A DNA stretch of 57,167 nt, filler included, from Sluysia triapertura (GCA_046118255.1; 4 parts of 4 records of this genome joined end to end with filler, not necessarily neighbours in it); one strand, 5' to 3'. Shown: positions 25,560-39,818, numbered from the whole stretch's first letter. Notes: generated by a model not told the origin, from the letters alone. Numbers and translations: made by a program.

Positions 25560-25932
25560 TTTGTAAAAAAATAAAATGTGAAAGGAACTGATAAAAGAAT
25601 GTCTAAAGAGGTTGATAACGTAATTAAAGGTATTAAAGAAATTCCATTCTGATTATAATGATATTTTGAAAATAATTTTGAAATGTAATTTTAGGGTTTT
25701 TCAATAATATTAATGATGTGAATGTTGAAGAATTGTGAAATTGAAATGTTTTAAATTAACTTTGAAATATACATTCGATGATTTTCGATGTTGAGTATAA
25801 TTTTAATGTTATGAAATTGTGAATTTAAAATGTTTTAAATTTTTAAAACATTTTAATGAATCTGAAGAATTAAAATGTGAAATGTTATGAAATGTTGAAT
25901 CAAAATTTCGAATGAAGAGGTTGGCCACCACA
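25560..25932. repeat. LTR-like repeat with AATTGTGAA..AAATGTTTT subrepeats
   Basis: Subrepeats and the GGTTGGC..ACA end resemble 48170-49033. Confidence 0.4.
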
Positions 25933-28039
25933 TTCGCAAATTTCAATTTAATTATTTTTAACGATACGCTTTTATTTTGTCATTTAAGTTCATGTTTTAA
26001 TGGATCGTTTTGATGAATTATTAAAAGTTTTTTCAAACCCAACAAGCTGAAATTGAAATGTTATCCTCAAACGTCATTCAATTAGAAAAAACAAATTCAA
26101 TCTCACTTAAATCTCAGTCGAAAAATATGTTTCCAATTATAATTATGTTAATTCATTTTTTGTTTTTACTAATGTGAAAACGTGTTTTCGAGTGAAATTT
26201 ATTTGTTTATGCCTTATTTGAAATTGAATTAAGATCGAAAATGATTATAAATGTTTTAATACGTTAATTTTAAAAAAATTGGCGACATTAAAAATTATTT
26301 TTTTAATGTTTAATTCATTATTTTAAAGATCTAAGACCAATTACAATGCATCCACAAACGAAGATACGTAATTTAAATGTTAAAGCTAAGCAGTAATAGT
26401 ACCACAAACTGTGAACTGATGGACCTCGTTCGGCACAACCTACAGGTGCTTATGGAATGGGACGACAACAAGTACGATAAGTGATCCAAAAGGTGTTATA
26501 GAAGTATTTTATAATCGTTGTTTTCGCATATTCGAAATGCACCAAAAATAGAGGGTGTATAATGAATTACAAACTTTTATTAACTACAGACAATATTCTG
26601 TCAGGACTATCGTATAAATGTTTAAACTACTTATTTTGTTATGTTATGTAGTAGTATTATCTTGTACGATTTGGTTTTAGATACATCTTCGGTTTAAAAA
26701 CGGTATGTCAAATATGACTTATCTCAACAACATCAAAGTCTGTCTATTAGCCTTGAATGTCAATAATGTACATTGTAAGAATTTTATTTCTTCTCTCGTC
26801 TGGACCTTAACTCCCAATTTAAGTAGCATATAATAATATAATTAATAAATTATCAATCTTTATTTTTAACACAAGCATCACCTAAAATAAAATAAAATAA
26901 GAAAATGAACCGGGGGTGAATATTTATTTCCTCAAATATTTACAAATAAATAAATAAATGAAGGATCTTCCAGAAAACAATTATGAATTTAATGTAACTT
27001 CAAAATTAATTAATAAGTACTATAAACACTCACTACATAATATTTTCCAAATATAATATTTATCTGTTACTCAAATTTATTCTTTAATAATAATATATAA
27101 AAACCCACCAAAAAGAAAAACTATTTTAATTAAAATAAAAAAATTAAACAATGAAGTAAATTTGAAATTTTACCTAAATTATGGATCTTCTATCTTCAAT
27201 TCAATAATTGCGCATTAATGGTTGTGTTGTAAGTATTTTAAGCTTCACAATCAAATACTCTCTCACACGAATAATCAAAACTTCTTTAAGAATTAAACCG
27301 ACAATAGCAACTTAGACAATTTCATGTTACGGTTTGTCAAACTGTATTAGGTACAAAACACAAAAATTTGATTCATATTTATCTATTATTTTCCTTTACT
27401 CTATTCAGTCTACTTTTACTTATTTTAATTCTCACATTAAAATAACATCATTATTATTGTTAACATACATAAAAATAATGAATTACATTTTTGTTTTTAG
27501 AATTTAATTAATTTTCGTTTTTTCACCCCCCCCCAATTTTCTTACGGAAAATGTTTAAGGTTCTTATTCCACAGACATTTCGAGCTCACTTCTATATTTT
27601 CCTCTTTCGTACCAATCATCTCATATTCAATTCATTATATTTTCCTCATTCTAAGCATTAAAAATTCAACATTCCATAATTAAAAATAATTAAAATTTGA
27701 CTTTGCTCAATATTAGGGCTTTCCAAGCATGAACTCTGTCAAACAATACCCATTTTCAAATTTAATGTAACTTTCCTCATTCAAACGTTATTCACAAAAT
27801 CATACCGTTTCTTAATTAAGTTAATAAAAATTTTAATTAATTAATCTTGTGGGGAGGGCTTTTTGTGTTTTAAAGTTAACAAATTATAAATATTTTTGTT
27901 TATTTTTTTATTTTGTAAAAATTATCCAAACCATAAAATTTTGAAACCATTAGCAAAATGTTATACCTATCAATTACTGAACTAGGCTTAAGGCCTTTTA
28001 AAAATAACGATTTTAAACAAATAACAACAAAGTTAGATA

Positions 28040-30100
28040 GTCTATTAATACAATAAAATATTGAAAAAAAACGTATAAACGTACTTACAACATAACAAAG
28101 AAGTACTATTAAATGTCCAATTTTGATTACTTCGTTTGTATTCTCGATAAAATGAGTGAAAGTAGATAATTATAATTGAAAAATAAAATATAATTCTTAG
28201 AATTAAGTTGAAGTTATCGTCTACTACAAATTTCCCATTTGTCGAATAAACTGTAAAAATGGTCAGGATTAAAAATTTGAGAGCTAACTTTAAATTATTG
28301 ATATTATATGTAGATGTAACTTCATTGTAGCCTTTTTAAATCGTTTAATATCAATTATAGTTTGTTTCAATTGAGCTTGAAGTTTTTGATATTGACTGTT
28401 CAATTTCTTAGATTTATGTTGCAGTTTTATCTGTTCATGACGGTCTACATTTGATATTAATTTTGTGAAACGATTTTTTAATGATTGTTCACGTATTTTT
28501 GCATTTCCTATTTTGATTTCTCGGCGAATTTATTTAGTATGACTTTCAGCTTCGTTGATATCGTTATTAAATAGTTGAGTGGCATTAAATGAGTTTAATG
28601 TTAATGTGTGTAAACTTTCCGATGTTTCTATTGAATTTGACTTATTACTATTATATAGAAACATTTTATCGTACATTTTATATTGTATACTAGTTTTCAA
28701 ATAACCTATTGGATCTAATATAAGCAGTGAAAACTAACAATAAATAAATAATAAAACTATATTTAGATAATTAAGAGGAGTTAAAAATCTCCAAAATTTA
28801 CGATTTGAATTTATCAAAACTAAAGCCAAAAATGTAGCACAATTAATACTGAATGTAATAAATGTTGACAAAACAACAATAATAATGTTTTGTAATATAT
28901 AATTACAATAATCCAAATTAATAAATTTGACGACTTGGAAATGTGTCGATAATAGTGGTATGTGAAAAAATAATAAGTAACAGCAATATATTCCTAAACC
29001 AATTGATAAAATCAGTCCACTAAAGAGCATAAATTGTTGAATAGTTTTTTCCTTTTGACTTACATATTTTTATCGATTTGTTTTATTTAATAATTTCAAA
29101 ATTATATTTTACTCAAACCATGATCAAATAAGAATAAACTAAGAAAATATCATTTATATAAAGCGGAATACTATTCTATTTGATATATGACACGAAAAAT
29201 ATTAACAAGAAAAAGAATTTAAATGATTTTAAAATGTGCAGTTATAAGCATGTGTTCAATAATCGTAATTATTCTTACTAAATAATTTTCAATTGCATTA
29301 GCTTAAACTAATCAAATTAAATTTTCCAATTAAAATCTTCTATTTGAATAGGTTTCATTTTAGTTAAATGAGTTAATTTGGGATTACATCCGATTTTGTG
29401 ATTCTGAAGTATGATGGATAACCATTTGTTTAGTAGTAATCAAAAAAACACCAACTAGTTATGCAAAACATAGTATTAATCCAAATAAAAATGTAAGTGA
29501 AATTGCGAGTGAAGTTTTAATTTCTACAGGAACTGTTTCTGGTATAAGATAAAAATGAAGAAAATATGACTTGGTATCATTACATCCACCTTCAGCTACG
29601 CAGAAAATTTCCTTATCTCTAGTTAATTTCAATTCATAAGTAACTAAATCATAACCAAGAATTTATTAGTTATAATTGACCCATTTGGAAAAATAATATC
29701 AAACTTTAAATTAAGATATGATAACAGTGATAATATCATTTTCATAAAGGATTTTTGGATCGATCATAGTTAATACAGCTCTTGCTTTTAAATCAACATC
29801 ATCTAATATAGACAAAAGTACTTTTGATTTTAAGTGATAAATAATAATTTCGCACATTAAACAAAAATTATCCTTGAAATTATTTCGATAATTTCAAATA
29901 ATAAATTATTACTTTGACTAATCCAACCCAACCCAAAGGTTTTTCAAATATCTAACTTAGAATTGAATTTTAATAATATTTCATACGATTTTGAATTAGG
30001 CTTTCTTTTAACAGAAAATCCTGGATACTTTAGTGCTTCTGTTTGAGCTAACATACTGTAATGACCGACATGACTAATACTAATAACTTTGTTTATACTT
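28040..30100 (-). pseudogene. Decayed intronless ORF(s) for a multi-membrane-spanning plus coiled-coil protein
   Basis: Hydrophobic ORF 28734-29030, then a ~140-codon frame with one stop (LDPIGYLKTS...KLNSQYQKLQAQLKQTIIDIKRF), then further hydrophobic frames. Confidence 0.4.
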
Positions 30101-30555
30101 TGTATATTTTATATTGATAATGACTAATAACTTATTGATTTTTTATTTATAATTTTATTGAATTTTTGAAAATAAAAAATTACTTGTTACTTTTTGGAAA
30201 TTATATCTTCATATTAAATGTAAGTTTTAATAGTTTTTAATTGTTTGATTTATTGTTTATTTTACAAATTTTTGAAAATTAAGTAATTTAAAATCTTTAA
30301 TTAAATTAAACTAACATAAAATAGAACAATTTTATAAAATAAATTTTATTTTTTATTTCAATAAACTAATTTCTAAACGTTTAATATTGAGAGAAGCCCT
30401 TTGAGCATTCTTTTAGCTTTATTTCAGAAATCTTTTATTCACAAATACAACGGCTGGCCCTAATCAATAAGCCCAGTACGTTGGTAAACTCACATCTAAA
30501 CTCTCTCTTTATTCTATTACTTTACTTTAAATATTTTCTCACAATACTATATTTA

Positions 30556-30645
30556 TGTTGGGTTAAAAGGCCTAAAAGGTGCCAAGTAGTATAATTGAAT
30601 ATATTTTAAAAAAATGATATATTAAATTAGCCTTTTACGGTCTAA
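30556..30645 (+). repeat. tRNA-less relative of the 15951/17443 units
   Basis: Begins TGTTGGGTTAAAAGGCCTAAAAGGTGCCA and ends CCTTTTACGGTCTAA, matching both ends of the tRNA-bearing copies. Confidence 0.5.
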
Positions 30646-30695
30646 TTTCTTGAAATAACAAAGTTGAAGATTTTATTAAATTAAGCTATCCTGTT

Positions 30696-30795
30696 NNNNN
30701 NNNNNNNNNNNNNNNNNNNNNNNNNNNNNNNNNNNNNNNTTAATTAATTAANNNNNNNNNNNNNNNNNNNNNNNNNNNNNNNNNNNNNNNNNNNN
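30696..30795. other. Assembly gap with spacer
   Basis: N44-TTAATTAATTAA-N44. Confidence 0.95.
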
Positions 30796-30867
<72 letters not shown>

Positions 30868-30870
30868 TAG

Positions 30871-30928
30871 GTTGTTGCAATCACCAGTGAAGGCCGTTAT
30901 GAAAGTCCAACGTGCAAAAAGAAAACAA
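30871..30928 (+). CDS. Putative internal exon of plus-strand gene (VVAITSEGRYESPTCKKKT)
   Basis: TAG acceptor and GTAAAG donor. A 51-bp phase-1 intron joins it in frame to the next exon. The peptide weakly resembles the end of a fibronectin type III domain. Confidence 0.5.
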
Positions 30929-30979
30929 GTAAAGATGAATGTTAGATTAAGTTAACTTTATTTTCTAAGATTATTTTAG

Positions 30980-31080
30980 ACAGTTCGGCCCCTCGCCAGC
31001 CGCTTTTTCCTGGTAACATTCTTTCTAAATCTCAAACGTCATCTTCAGTCAACAATTCTTTAATTAGTATGAAAACAAAT
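30980..31080 (+). CDS. Putative internal exon (SSAPRQPLFPGNILSKSQTSSSVNNSLISMKTN)
   Basis: TTTTAG acceptor and GTTAGC donor; phase 0, compatible with the exon at 32300. Confidence 0.55.
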
Positions 31081-31776
31081 GTTAGCTTAATTTTCAGTGT
31101 AAAAATTATCATTCATTTTATTGCTTTTAAAGCTTACACATTATGAAGCAATGTTTCTTTACCGTCTCCTGTTTATTCTTATGAGTATGAAGTATGTGCA
31201 AAATGACCACATTATTAAATATACTTATATTAAATAAATTTATTTATTTAATACTGTAATCTTTATTGATAATTATAAAGACTAACAAAAGGAATCAAAA
31301 AATTATACAACATATAGATATGTGCTTTATACTACTTACATTGTTTCATCTATTAACATTTTCATCTATTAATTAGATCAATGAATCTATTTTGTTTTAC
31401 AAAAAAATATTCACTTCCTTTAAAATATTTTTGAGATATTTGAATAAATAAAATAATAAACAGCATTGTATACATTTGTGTACAATATTCTGACTTTTTA
31501 TTATAAATGAATTCATTATTTTTTCCATTTTTTCACAATTTTCTGTAGTTCTTATTGATCTTTATCATTTTTTAAAGGACTTCAATTCTCATTCATTAAT
31601 AAGGTATTCAGCATGATGTTGTTTCTTCTTTTACATTCGTCATCTAAATGAATTATGAAACGAGTCAATCTTTTCTAAGACTAAATATTTAATGATGCTT
31701 CTTTTTTGATCCTAAAAATATTATATAATTTTAAAAAATAGTTTTAAACTTGAATGTAAATGTGTTTTATATTTTA

Positions 31777-31842
<66 letters not shown>

Positions 31843-32299
31843 AGTTGAAAATATTTTTCAATCGATATAGCGAGATTGTCGAAATAATAATGACAAAAAC
31901 GCTTCCTAATTTGGTACTGACAACCGACGAATCAGGAATTGGATTATTTCGTATTGTTTAGTAAACAGAAATGAATATGTAATTAAATTTAAGAATTCTC
32001 AAAATTATCACTTTAAAGCATAATATTTGAACTAGTGTCATAAAAATTCATTTAAATGTGCATAAATATTCATACATCTACAAACAATATTAAATTATTG
32101 TAAAAATATTGTTTTTAAAAAAGTTATTTTATTTTTTAATAATTCAAGTAAATTTTATGAATGTTTCAATAAAGTTTCTTAGGAGAATACTCAGTGATTT
32201 AACTGTTTAATGCGAAAAGAACTCATTTCCACATAGTTATTTTGCTTAAATCATCAAAATAATTATTTAATAATTAAATTAATTGTAATTTTACATAAG

Positions 32300-32719
32300 G
32301 TTCGTCGTAAAACTGTAACAGCAGTATTTACTTCCCATGAATGTCGCAAAACTTTGTACAACAAAAACAAAGAACCGTCAAATTCAATTACAAATAATCA
32401 ATACAATCAAAATAACTCACAATTAAGGCGTTATTTAGACGTATTGAAGTTGTCTTCTGCTCTTAAACCACTTGATATTTCTAATCAAAACAATAAAAAG
32501 GCTACTTTTATTACTACTTCTACTGCTACTAATATTAAAAATAATAGCCCTGCACAATCCCATGATATATCATTATCTGTTTCATCAGTGATTCCGTCAA
32601 GACCTCCGCCGCCACCGCCACCTTCACAACTGCTATCATCACAAACTTCAAAATTATCAGATAACAATGAAAATAGTTCAATTTATTCTGTCAGTACAAT
32701 GCAATTGCAGTCCATCTAG
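32300..32719 (+). CDS. Terminal exon of an unidentified gene (Ser/Asn-rich, polyproline SRPPPPPPP)
   Basis: AG acceptor at 32298-32299 and a 139-aa open frame VRRKTVTAVFTSHECRKTLY...QLQSI*. Confidence 0.7.
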   Translation, partial: VRRKTVTAVFTSHECRKTLYNKNKEPSNSITNNQYNQNNSQLRRYLDVLKLSSALKPLDISNQNNKKATFITTSTATNIKNNSPAQSHDISLSVSSVIPSRPPPPPPPSQLLSSQTSKLSDNNENSSIYSVSTMQLQSI

Positions 32720-35700
32720 CAGTCTCAAGGATCTATTTTAAGTACCTTTTATTTTCAGTTTTTATTTACATTTATATTTATATTTTAGAACATATTAACA
32801 AGTATTATTTCACGAATATATGCATAAACAATTGTTTGTTTTATTTAAATAAATTAAAAAGTACATTTAAAATATTCTAGATTATTAATGTGAATTTGGA
32901 AAATGTAATATTGTTATTTCCTTTGAATAATTTTTATAATTATATAAACTGTATTTGAAGTCACATTTTAAGAAATGATTATTTTTTAGTGTATTTGCAT
33001 TAGCTTACTTCACAAAATTATGATTGAAACCATAATACTCTCCAAGTGAAAACAATTTTACACCAACTTTATCTTGTTTGGTACTTAGTAAGATTGTTTT
33101 TTGAATATTATTAAATAATTATATTTTTCGAAATTGACGAAGAAGTTGTTGAGCATTAATACTATATTATTTATTCTGCATATAATTTTGAGTTTTACCA
33201 TATTCATCTATATAAAAAACCGTGCTGTTTTTTATCCTGCAAAATACACTATAATAATGTATTTAGAACATTCATTTAAGAAAGATATTATTATTATTAA
33301 ATGACATTTTAATTGCACTAAAGCTTTGATCAACATATTCCAAGAATGCAAAATCACTTTGCTATTACATCATGATTTACCTGATTTTATTTCACAATTA
33401 TGTTTTTTCTTGAAAACAAATTATGAGACGTGCCAAGCTATAATATGCATATCCCCATAAAAACGTTATTTAATTTATACTATCCGGGATATATCTGTAA
33501 TTATAATACCAAGGTACGTTTTGACGTGTTTGCAAGGTTTGTACATGTTGGTAATCTTTCTTGCATCTGTGTGCATATTATTGCTTATTATACTAAAAAT
33601 TAGATGCACAAATTGTTTAGAAAAAAACGTGTTGAAAAGGTTAATAATCTTTTCTCTAGATCATTAAAATCATTTAAAATTTTGTCGGAAAGCCGTCGCG
33701 ACATAAAGGTGACAAAAATAAAATAATAAAAATAATCAAAGTGAAAATTAAAAAAAGTTAATAATAATAATAATAGTGATGATGATGATGCAAGTAAAAT
33801 AGTTGAAACAAAAACGATATAGGTGACGCCTCTAAAAATAAATTTAATAATTTGAATGTAACATTCTTATAAAAAGTATGAATAGTCTTTAAAATAGACT
33901 CACAGCAATAATGAACAAGACAAATGAAATAACTATTACAAATATTATTCTATTGAACGACTACAACAAATATTGAGTACGACAATAAATTTATTACGAT
34001 TACAAATATTATATATATTACGAGTTCTATAATTTGGTTCGAAACCATACATATTGTTCTAGTGTTCTATGCTTCGAACTTTCAAGAAAAATCGTAAGTT
34101 TCTTATGCACAACTTTCTCCCTTATAAAGATACGGGTCAAAATATAGTCAAAATCTAGTTCTATTTTCGGCTAGAATAATTAAAATGACTATAAATTTTA
34201 AAATCACTATAATCTATCCATTTTAAATACTTACATATCATACTTATTTTTATAGTACCTTTTTGCTTAATACATTTTCTTTATTGTGAAGCTTAAAGAA
34301 ACAGTTTAATGTTTAAGCTTTAATAAGTTTCCTACTACTAATTAATTGCTGTTCGAAATAAATTATGACTATTGTAAAGGCATCCTATTATATATAAATA
34401 GTAGAAAGAGAAATATTAGTAATCGTTCGACTTATATTTATTAAAGATTCTTTAGAAGTGTTCAGATTTTATCTTAAAACAATTATGAATTTTATACTAA
34501 CTGGGTTCGCCTGCGGAAGACTTAGTTATAGGTAAGTCAAAAGTTTCTACGAAAAGTGTTTCTTATGTCTTAGACGGAGGGTCTTTAATTACACTTACTA
34601 AGTTCGATGTGAACTTCTAAAATTATTTTAACTTCACTTGTACTTCAAAAAACAAAATAACAAATAACTGATACGTATTGTATCCTATGAAAATTTATTA
34701 TCAAAATTTTTAATTATAAATAGACAAGTACAATAAGAGATGAAAACAATAATAGCAATAAATAACTTAAACAAATTTAGGATTTCTCCTAATTTTCAAT
34801 ATAATAGATTTTAAAAAATGATTTTGACCCAGGTGAATACTTGGGTATAAAATTTATTTTGATTTTGAGTGAGATTTTAACACAGAATTTATTTATGTGA
34901 ATATCTTAATATAAATAGCTTATAAATAAATATATTAGACCAGTATGTTCTAAAATTCAATGTAACTTTTGATTCATTAAAATCATATCTAACTTAAAAT
35001 TAGAGATATGAAATTTACTAAACAGATTAAGTAAAAAAAATTTATTTCTTACTAAAATACGATCAACATATAATTATTAACTTACAAAAACTTCGGGAAA
35101 ACTCAGGAAAACTCGAATTGTCAATAAATGATCAATCCACAAAAATGAATCCAATTAATCAAGAAATTCCAACGAAAATCTTTCAATCCAAATTGCTTTA
35201 CCAAGAATTAAACCACGATAAATAATAATGATAATTTAATCGGTTTCTTAATAAATTTGTGCCAATTAACAATCATGAAAAATCAATTAGATGGGCCCAT
35301 ATTAATCAGGAATTTACAACGAGAATCTTTCAATCCAAATCAATTTACCAACGGTTAGATCTTGAACACAAAAAATTATCTTAAATTAAATCTCACTACG
35401 AACATTGAGTAAAATCTTGTGTGATATACTTTTTTCAATTCTCCTTTTATAGCAATTCGATATTGAGTTAAGTTTTATAAAGTAATTGAATTTTCATTTC
35501 TTATTTATTTAAAAATTTAATTTAATTGGAATATACAGGTTTGTTGCTTCTTTTAATTGAATTATATTTATTTAGTTCAAAATGTTCAACAAGTGAATTG
35601 ATTTCTATAAAAAATTTATTTTTTCATTTATTTATTTAGGTTGGATTTGGTTGTTATTAATTAAACTGTTATTATTATTTTCAAGTAAGCTGTGAACCTA

Positions 35701-36968
35701 CAACTTTAAATGTGTTGATATTGTAAATCTTTAGCAGCATTATAATAACTCTTCTTGCTGTTATTTTTTAGTTTAACTTTTCCCACGAAATATCTAGAAA
35801 ATATAATGATTAAAATATGTTATTCTTCATGAATACTTCCCAAGTAATAAAATGTACAAATTATTTAACTTCCGATTCTTTTGTAAGATATTTCATTTAA
35901 TTTGATATCTTGACTAATATATTTTATGCAAATATATATATTATGTAACTGAATTGGAATTAGCATTTTGTTTCACAATTACATTACATGTATTAGAATG
36001 AACATCAATTCGTAATTAATTCACGAAAAATTTTGTTACTTGTAATGGATGTAGTGGACCAAAAATTATACCATTAGGTTAACTGACTGTTACATCCTAT
36101 TTAAGCAAATAAAATAATAATACAAATTTAAGTTTTTGAGTTTAATCAAAACTTTGCATACAATAGATTAATTAGACTTCATGAAATTAACAGTCCAGTT
36201 AAACAATAATTTTTAAATGGATATTACAGACTTCAATACTACATTAGATTTATTATTATAAATATCTATGAAAATATACCATTTTAGTAAAATAAAGTAA
36301 CAGTTTTATATAAAGACCCTCCAAATTAAATGGGAAAATAACAAAAACACTGAAATTAAAATCAATAGAAACGGTATCCACTACTATATATGCAACAAAA
36401 GCATAAACTTCAGAAAAAATTAATGCAAATTCATTTATTAATACATATGTATAACGTATATATAAATATATTATGTATCAATAATTATTTCAAATAATAT
36501 TTGAAAGTAATTGTTTAAAAAACACAAAACAATGAAACAGAAATGTTTATAATTATACATAGATGTAAAACCACTTTAGTAACATAAAAATTGGTATTAC
36601 AAAATCCATATATTATAATGATTGAAAAATAAAATAAACAAATTTAATAGACAAAACTGATACAAATTTTACTGTTTCGTGTTTAAAAAGTAATACTTCA
36701 GAATGTACTGACACAATATAAATGTAACGTAAAATTTGTAAAAGCATTAAAGTAATATTTCAAAATAGAAAAACAGAATTATTTAGAAAGAAAATTTCGC
36801 ATAATTTTATTAATTATGCTAATATAAACTCTGATTTTTAAAAACCCGATAATTATAGTGTCGCCCAAAAAATCAACTGAGAAAAATTAAAAATTACTAA
36901 AAACGGGACAAAATCTTAAATAAATTATTTATAAATAAAATCATAAGTTATAATTCCTAAATGATAAC

Positions 36969-36970
<2 letters not shown>

Positions 36971-37035
<65 letters not shown>
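36971..37035. repeat. (AAT)n microsatellite
   Basis: Direct reading; it lies downstream of the CHD stop codon. Confidence 0.95.
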
Positions 37036-37037
<2 letters not shown>

Positions 37038-37357
37038 TCATTGGGATAAATTTATACGAAAAAATCAAATAAATGCAGTGTTCATTATTTTTGTAATATA
37101 TTACAATTTATACATAAAGATGTGATTGAAAACGGATGGTTTTCAAAATATCTCAGACTTGGAACACAAAACATCCTCTACCACATCCCAATTATTGCAG
37201 TTTCTTTAATTTCCGAGGTGAAAATGTTTATCATTAATTCATGAAAGCGAGAAAGAAGGTAATAGCCAGAAGCAAGAATGATGTGGAAAATATATTAAAA
37301 TTCCAAAATTATTAATTACCATCACACCAATAGCTAAACTAAAAATGGGTTCAAAAA

Positions 37358-38194
37358 TTAATGACGACTGAGATCTAAAGCCGATTCGTTATTGATTATA
37401 TCTTTGTTATTTTTTTCGTTGTCAACATTTGCAGTATCACTTGAATCAATATTTGAAGTTTCGAAATGTTGTGTTTTCAAACAATCATCAGTAATGGATT
37501 CCATCGAAAAGCTAGAAACGCGAGATTTCTTTAAAGTATTGTTATTTGTGTTATTAGCGTTAGGGTTAGAAGTTGTTTTATTTTGATATAATGAATTTGT
37601 AAATTTACTTAATGTTTCTTGTTGATTTAATGAAGGATGTTGTGATTGTTGTAATTGTTGCATTTGGTTGGAGGAATTTAACAAATCTGAATACATCATT
37701 GCTGAATATAAGTAGGCTTGATAAGCTGCAGCTTCATTTAGATCATGAGATAATGCCGTTGTTGAAGATAACACCGATTCTGCATTCGGTAATTGAGCCA
37801 ACGAATAATTGGCTGTATTATTGGTATTTGCGGTGTTTCCACTGGTACTGGTTGTTGGTGCTTTATCTTCTCCAGTAGTAGGTGTAGGTGTAGCTGCAGC
37901 AAGCATCATTAAATATTGCATATATGCAGCGGAAATAGAGTTACTGTCATATTGCTGTTGTGTGTTAGAAAAGCAATTCTCGAGTTTAGATGAAGTTGAT
38001 TTTGGATGTGAATCAGATTGTTGTGATAGGGCTTTACTGACGGATGGGGTCGATGTTGATTGAAGTGGTATTGTTGCAGGAGGCATCATAGAACCGAGCA
38101 TAAAATTCATATATTGACCGAACAACATTGAGTAAAGTGGAGTAGTATCTTGCCCGCGAGTTTTCGCGACTTCATTAAATATCCGTTGATCCTC
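37358..38194 (-). CDS. CHD6-9/kismet-like remodeller, last coding exon
   Basis: TTTTAG acceptor, phase 0, open to the TAA at 37358; low-complexity tail ending ALDLSRH. Confidence 0.85.
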   Translation of the reverse strand, partial: EDQRIFNEVAKTRGQDTTPLYSMLFGQYMNFMLGSMMPPATIPLQSTSTPSVSKALSQQSDSHPKSTSSKLENCFSNTQQQYDSNSISAAYMQYLMMLAAATPTPTTGEDKAPTTSTSGNTANTNNTANYSLAQLPNAESVLSSTTALSHDLNEAAAYQAYLYSAMMYSDLLNSSNQMQQLQQSQHPSLNQQETLSKFTNSLYQNKTTSNPNANNTNNNTLKKSRVSSFSMESITDDCLKTQHFETSNIDSSDTANVDNEKNNKDIINNESALDLSRH

Positions 38195-39818
38195 CTAAAA
38201 ATAAAGCTTAGTTACTTGTTTTTAAATAATAATTAAGCAATTGCTTGTAGCAATTGACATTTTATGTATAATAGATGTGAGATAGATAATATTTCTAACC
38301 TCGCAAAACAAACTATACATAAACTAAAATAATTTTCGCATAAGTGCCAATTATAATTAAAATTTCATATATGTAAAGTGCTTATTATATTGAATGTGCA
38401 TTAATAAGATCTAATGGAGTGAGATCAAATAAAACTTTAAATGTAAATGTAAAGAGGTACAAAAACAAATGTATGGCCTTATTTGGATATGGATATCAAA
38501 TAATATGGATGATAATAATATAATAAATGAAATTATTGTAACAAATAAAATAGTTTATATGTATAATTATACTGACAAGACAGTAAACCAATTCAGTGTA
38601 ATAAGTGAATTTGTCTAACAAAACAAAAATAATATGATAAACTGGAAATCTACAATTATATAAGTGATAACGAAGTGAGACGCCTTAAATGTCTTAATAA
38701 AGCCTTTTAGATATCCTTCTCTACTAAACCATCAACAATGCAATGGACCAAAATCGTAAAAATACAAAAATTAATAGAAAAAACCTCAAAATCTGTAAAT
38801 TTCATTTTTAATAGTAATTTAAACGTGATCCCTATTCAACTTCACAAAGTTAATATATAACATGAAACATTTAGAAGGTATTAATTATTAATTTTTTGCC
38901 CTATACTATTGCAAATATATAATTTTAATAAGTTAGTTTAAATGCACAATTATTTTTATAAGTTTATTACAAATAAATAGAAAAATAATAAATTTAATTA
39001 TATCATATTTAATAAAAATTAATTATCTAATCAAAGATTGGTATATAAAAAACTAAAAATAATTTAACGCTTCAAAACATTTATTATTCATTTTTAAGAA
39101 CAGCAATTAAATAATTAAAGTGAAACTTGTAAAAATATTGTAACAACGATCTGTTGAGAATTCCAAAACAATTAATTATTCCGTGTATATATCCCATTTA
39201 ATTCAGAATCTATATTTATTTATAATACATAATTTCGACTTTCGTTTCAAAGTATAATAGTTAACCTTTTAAAACCCACCGTTCCAATCGTGGAATGCAA
39301 TTTTTGATGAAAATATTGGAAAAAATCCAACATCACAATCGTAAGTCATTAAATGATTATAAACCATAATGCTTCAAACTAAAAATTTATGAAAGTACAT
39401 ATGTACTGAGCCCTTGTCACTTATTATATAAAAATTTGAAGAAATCTGATAATCAGAAAAAAGTCTGGGTTAAGGTTAATCTACTTTCATACAAATTTTT
39501 TAAAATGTGTACATCAAATTAAATTTCGAATCCTTAATATATTTGTGAAAAACAATTAAATGATTAAATAAACCTATAATTATAGTATTCTAATATTGTT
39601 GTTTTGCTAAATTCGCAATATGATTGTAAAATAAAAGAATATTCAAAATGAATCTTATTTTATTATTGCATTTACGCTTCACTAAGATCAATTTATTAAA
39701 TGTAGAAAATACTGTATTTGTGTTGAAATTAAAACATAATTATGAATTTTACATGTTTTTTGCGCTAGTTTTTTTGTCTTTAAGCGCATAAGTTTTGCTT
39801 GTAATTAAATAATCTAAC

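Noticed and set aside
37392-38063. Plus-strand ORFs 37392, 37612 and 37809 (also 42955 and 43815)
   Set aside because: Antisense shadows of real CHD exons.
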